The notes beneath the pieces were generated by a model. That model was given only the letters and a program-made list of their open reading frames with translations, did not search any database and was not told where the DNA came from. A DNA stretch of 64,000 bases from an uncultured virus (IMG/VR IMGVR_UViG_3300032132_000750) (lineage: Duplodnaviria > Heunggongvirae > Uroviricota > Caudoviricetes): the IMG/VR virus record IMGVR_UViG_3300032132_000750; one strand, 5' to 3'. Below are positions 61,480-64,000 of this stretch, one piece after another. Each line of letters starts with the position of its first letter. Position 1 is the stretch's first letter. Both the position numbers and the translations under genes were made by a program.

Positions 61480-62310
61480 ATGGCTTTTATTCGACCTCCC
61501 ATTAATGTCGCTGTATGCCTCTCAGGTGGTGGCAGAACTTTGCAAAATCTAATAGATTTGCAAAATGAAAAAACTCTTCCTATAAGGATTGTTCTGGTTA
61601 TTTCCAGTAATGCAGGTGCTTACGGGGTTGAGCGCGCTAAAAAACACGGAATTACAGTAAAAACGGTAAAACGTCATCAATACCAAAATACAGCTTCTTT
61701 CACTAAAGATATACTAGACGCTTGTAATGCTGCTAGGGTTGATCTTATTTGCTTGGCTGGTTTTGTTAAGAGATTGGCTCCAATCCCTAAGAAGTGGCAA
61801 ACTTCTATTCTTAATATTCATCCATCGCTACTTCCTGCTTTTGGTGGAAAGGGGTTTTATGGAGATAGGATACATAAAGCAGTTATTGAGCAGAAAGCTT
61901 CAGTTACTGGATGTACAGTACACTACGTAGATGATGAATATGATCATGGTCCCATCTTAGCTCAAACGTCTATTATCGTAGAACCTGCGGATACTGCGGA
62001 AACATTAGCAGCAAAAGTTTTCGAACTAGAAAAAATAGTTTATCCAGAGGCAATTCAGGACTGGTATCGCGCTAATCGTTCTTTTTCTTTAGAGAAATTT
62101 TTTGACGCTAATCAGCATTCCATCCATTCAATTGATGCTACTAGTTTTATTGCTATAGGCGATACTTGGGCTTTCCGAGCATTACCTAACGTTAATACCT
62201 TAGATATTGCTTTGAGGAAAGGTTTTGATCGCTGGGCTAATTCAATTTTGAAAACAGTTGAATTTCCTTACACCCAAGATGCTTGGGATCTCATTGAGAA
62301 ATCCTTATAA
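61480..62310 (+). CDS. purN: Phosphoribosylglycinamide formyltransferase with C-terminal extension
   Basis: SGGGRTLQ, LAGF, LNIHPSLLP, GCTVHYV..YDHGPI. Confidence 0.93.
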   Translation: MAFIRPPINVAVCLSGGGRTLQNLIDLQNEKTLPIRIVLVISSNAGAYGVERAKKHGITVKTVKRHQYQNTASFTKDILDACNAARVDLICLAGFVKRLAPIPKKWQTSILNIHPSLLPAFGGKGFYGDRIHKAVIEQKASVTGCTVHYVDDEYDHGPILAQTSIIVEPADTAETLAAKVFELEKIVYPEAIQDWYRANRSFSLEKFFDANQHSIHSIDATSFIAIGDTWAFRALPNVNTLDIALRKGFDRWANSILKTVEFPYTQDAWDLIEKSL

Positions 62311-62816
62311 TGAAGTATGAGATTCAGCCTGCCTCTACTGATTGTTCTTATACTAGGCTGTGTTCCTAAATCTCAGGTAGAGCATTATCCTACTACTCAA
62401 ATTGAGTATACAGCGCCAGCCCCTAAAACATGTTTTAGTTGTGGGGGCGATCATTTTCTACCGATAAGTTATGGGTCCTTGCCTTGCCCTGGCTACCTAC
62501 TTTATGGTTTGCCGGTAAGAAAATGGCGGTATCATTGCACTAAATGCGGTAACCCCACAACTGGAAATCTCGAACTCGATAATCAATCGGAGTAATATGT
62601 CCATTCTCTTTATGGCTCTCATCACAGCCACCCTTCTACTTGCTGTTTCCCTTACGATAGCTTCCTATCCTCTACTGGGTTTGTCTCTTTTTTTATACTT
62701 CATATCGTGGATCATCATTAAGCGAATTACAGATATCAACGATATCGACATAGAAACAACATCGGAAGATCAGCCCACACCCTAAGTCCAGCTACCGCAA
62801 GTATTTAAGATACTTC

Positions 62817-62845
62817 TTGCTAGTCTCCGGCCAGCAGAGTAGAAT
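62817..62845 (+). promoter_or_regulatory. Sigma70-type promoter (shares 20-bp core with 1282)
   Basis: TTGCTA-17 nt-TAGAAT. Confidence 0.6.
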
Positions 62846-62877
62846 GGGCCGACACGGACCATCTATCTAGCCATCAT

Positions 62878-63483
62878 TTGGAGGCTTTGATGACAACACA
62901 TACAATCGAACTTCCAGACCCTAAGTTTCAGAAAAATGACGTTGTTCGATGGAACCGTTTGATCCTTCACGTCAACGCGGTTCAAGCAGAAGGCAGGTGG
63001 GTTTTTCAAAACGGTGAGCACGGCTTGGATTGGGATGGGTCCTTTCGATATGACGTAACCGTGCAGCAAGGTAAGGGATTAGCTAATAACCCAATCCGCC
63101 CAGGCACTAATCTGCGCTTCTCTGAGGTTTACGCTGACGGAGAAACTTCTTCTGCGAGTTTTGGGAGCGCAGAGAAGGTTGCTTGGGATAATCCCATTAT
63201 TGTTGGTGACAGCATCGATAACATCAGTGAGCGGGAACGCTGCTGGGATGCTCGCTCTCTAGTCGAAAAGCATGGGGGCGATGTAACTTACGTATTCCGC
63301 AATCTTGGTTGCAATATAGCCCCGGAAAATAAGCTTTGGTGCGTCACGGGCTGCAACAATCGCCCAGATGGTGGTGTAGGTGTTTTGGAGTGGTGTTATG
63401 ATGAGAAGGACGCAAACAAGCTTCTGAGTAGGATGCAACTTGATCCTACCCTCACGGACCTCAAGGCAGAAAAGCACGTTTGA
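62878..63483 (+). CDS. Hypothetical protein
   Basis: 201-aa ORF after the promoter; true start probably the ATG after GGAGG. Confidence 0.55.
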   Translation: MEALMTTHTIELPDPKFQKNDVVRWNRLILHVNAVQAEGRWVFQNGEHGLDWDGSFRYDVTVQQGKGLANNPIRPGTNLRFSEVYADGETSSASFGSAEKVAWDNPIIVGDSIDNISERERCWDARSLVEKHGGDVTYVFRNLGCNIAPENKLWCVTGCNNRPDGGVGVLEWCYDEKDANKLLSRMQLDPTLTDLKAEKHV

Positions 63484-63484
63484 G

Positions 63485-63817
63485 ATGGATAACAAGCTAA
63501 GAGAACTTGAACGCCTTTTGCAAAGCGATCCTTCTGAGGAAAACGCTATGCGCTACTTCTATGCCTGCCTTCGTATGGGTAAAGTGAGATTTAGAGCTTT
63601 TCCTACGCCCAAGGTAGGGATCCACGTCCGCAGAGACGGATGGAATGGTCCATACTACGTCGCAAACACTAATGTCTCTCCCGAGACACGATGCAAGCAT
63701 CGGCATACCAAAAAGAGTAACGCGGTTAAATGTGCTCGCCGCCACGCTCATCGTCATATGCTGGAAACGCCTGATGCAAAAATTATTGCTCATTACGTTC
63801 GCACAGGAGGGAACTAG
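63485..63817 (+). CDS. Hypothetical protein, N-terminal DxxLRxLER module
   Basis: MDNKLRELER. Confidence 0.6.
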   Translation: MDNKLRELERLLQSDPSEENAMRYFYACLRMGKVRFRAFPTPKVGIHVRRDGWNGPYYVANTNVSPETRCKHRHTKKSNAVKCARRHAHRHMLETPDAKIIAHYVRTGGN

Positions 63818-64000
63818 TGGATGGATGTGCTGATGTTGGGGGTTGCCTTGAGGCACCTTTCCTCATTTTTGAGGCTATAGGCAAAAGCAAAAACCCAGGA
63901 GGAACGACTCTTGCGATTTTTGGAGTTTTCTGCTTCATAGGATTCTTGGCTTATGTTTTTCAGCCAGAGCCTCCGCCCCCTCCTCCGCCTTCGCCAACGC

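Overview
Gene-dense, mostly + strand window that reads like part of a jumbo phage or similarly large bacterial mobile element. Orphan ORFs are interleaved with isolated host-like genes: tyrS, argS, metG, infA, purA, purN, adk, yjjX, rtcB, a GyrB ATPase fragment and a PAS histidine kinase with two receivers. No capsid, terminase or polymerase gene is visible, so the phage call is an inference. There is a dispersed NAD+/ADP-ribose/phosphorylation set (PP2C, kinase, vWA, nicotinamidase-like, NadD-like, two macro domains, a putative ADP-ribosyltransferase, Nudix). The most striking part is a non-coding RNA island at about 39.25-43.8 kb. It ends in five copies of a structured repeat, one carrying a circularly permuted tRNA module (Y-RNA/YrlA-like), directly upstream of a ROT/TROVE-like-TerD gene. 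Also present are about ten remodelled tRNA-like RNAs, three RNAs closed by stems built from 7-nt repeats, a shared ~35-aa 'DxxLRxLER' module on eight otherwise unrelated proteins, and a class of apparently leaderless genes. All RNA structures were folded by eye; no searches were run.
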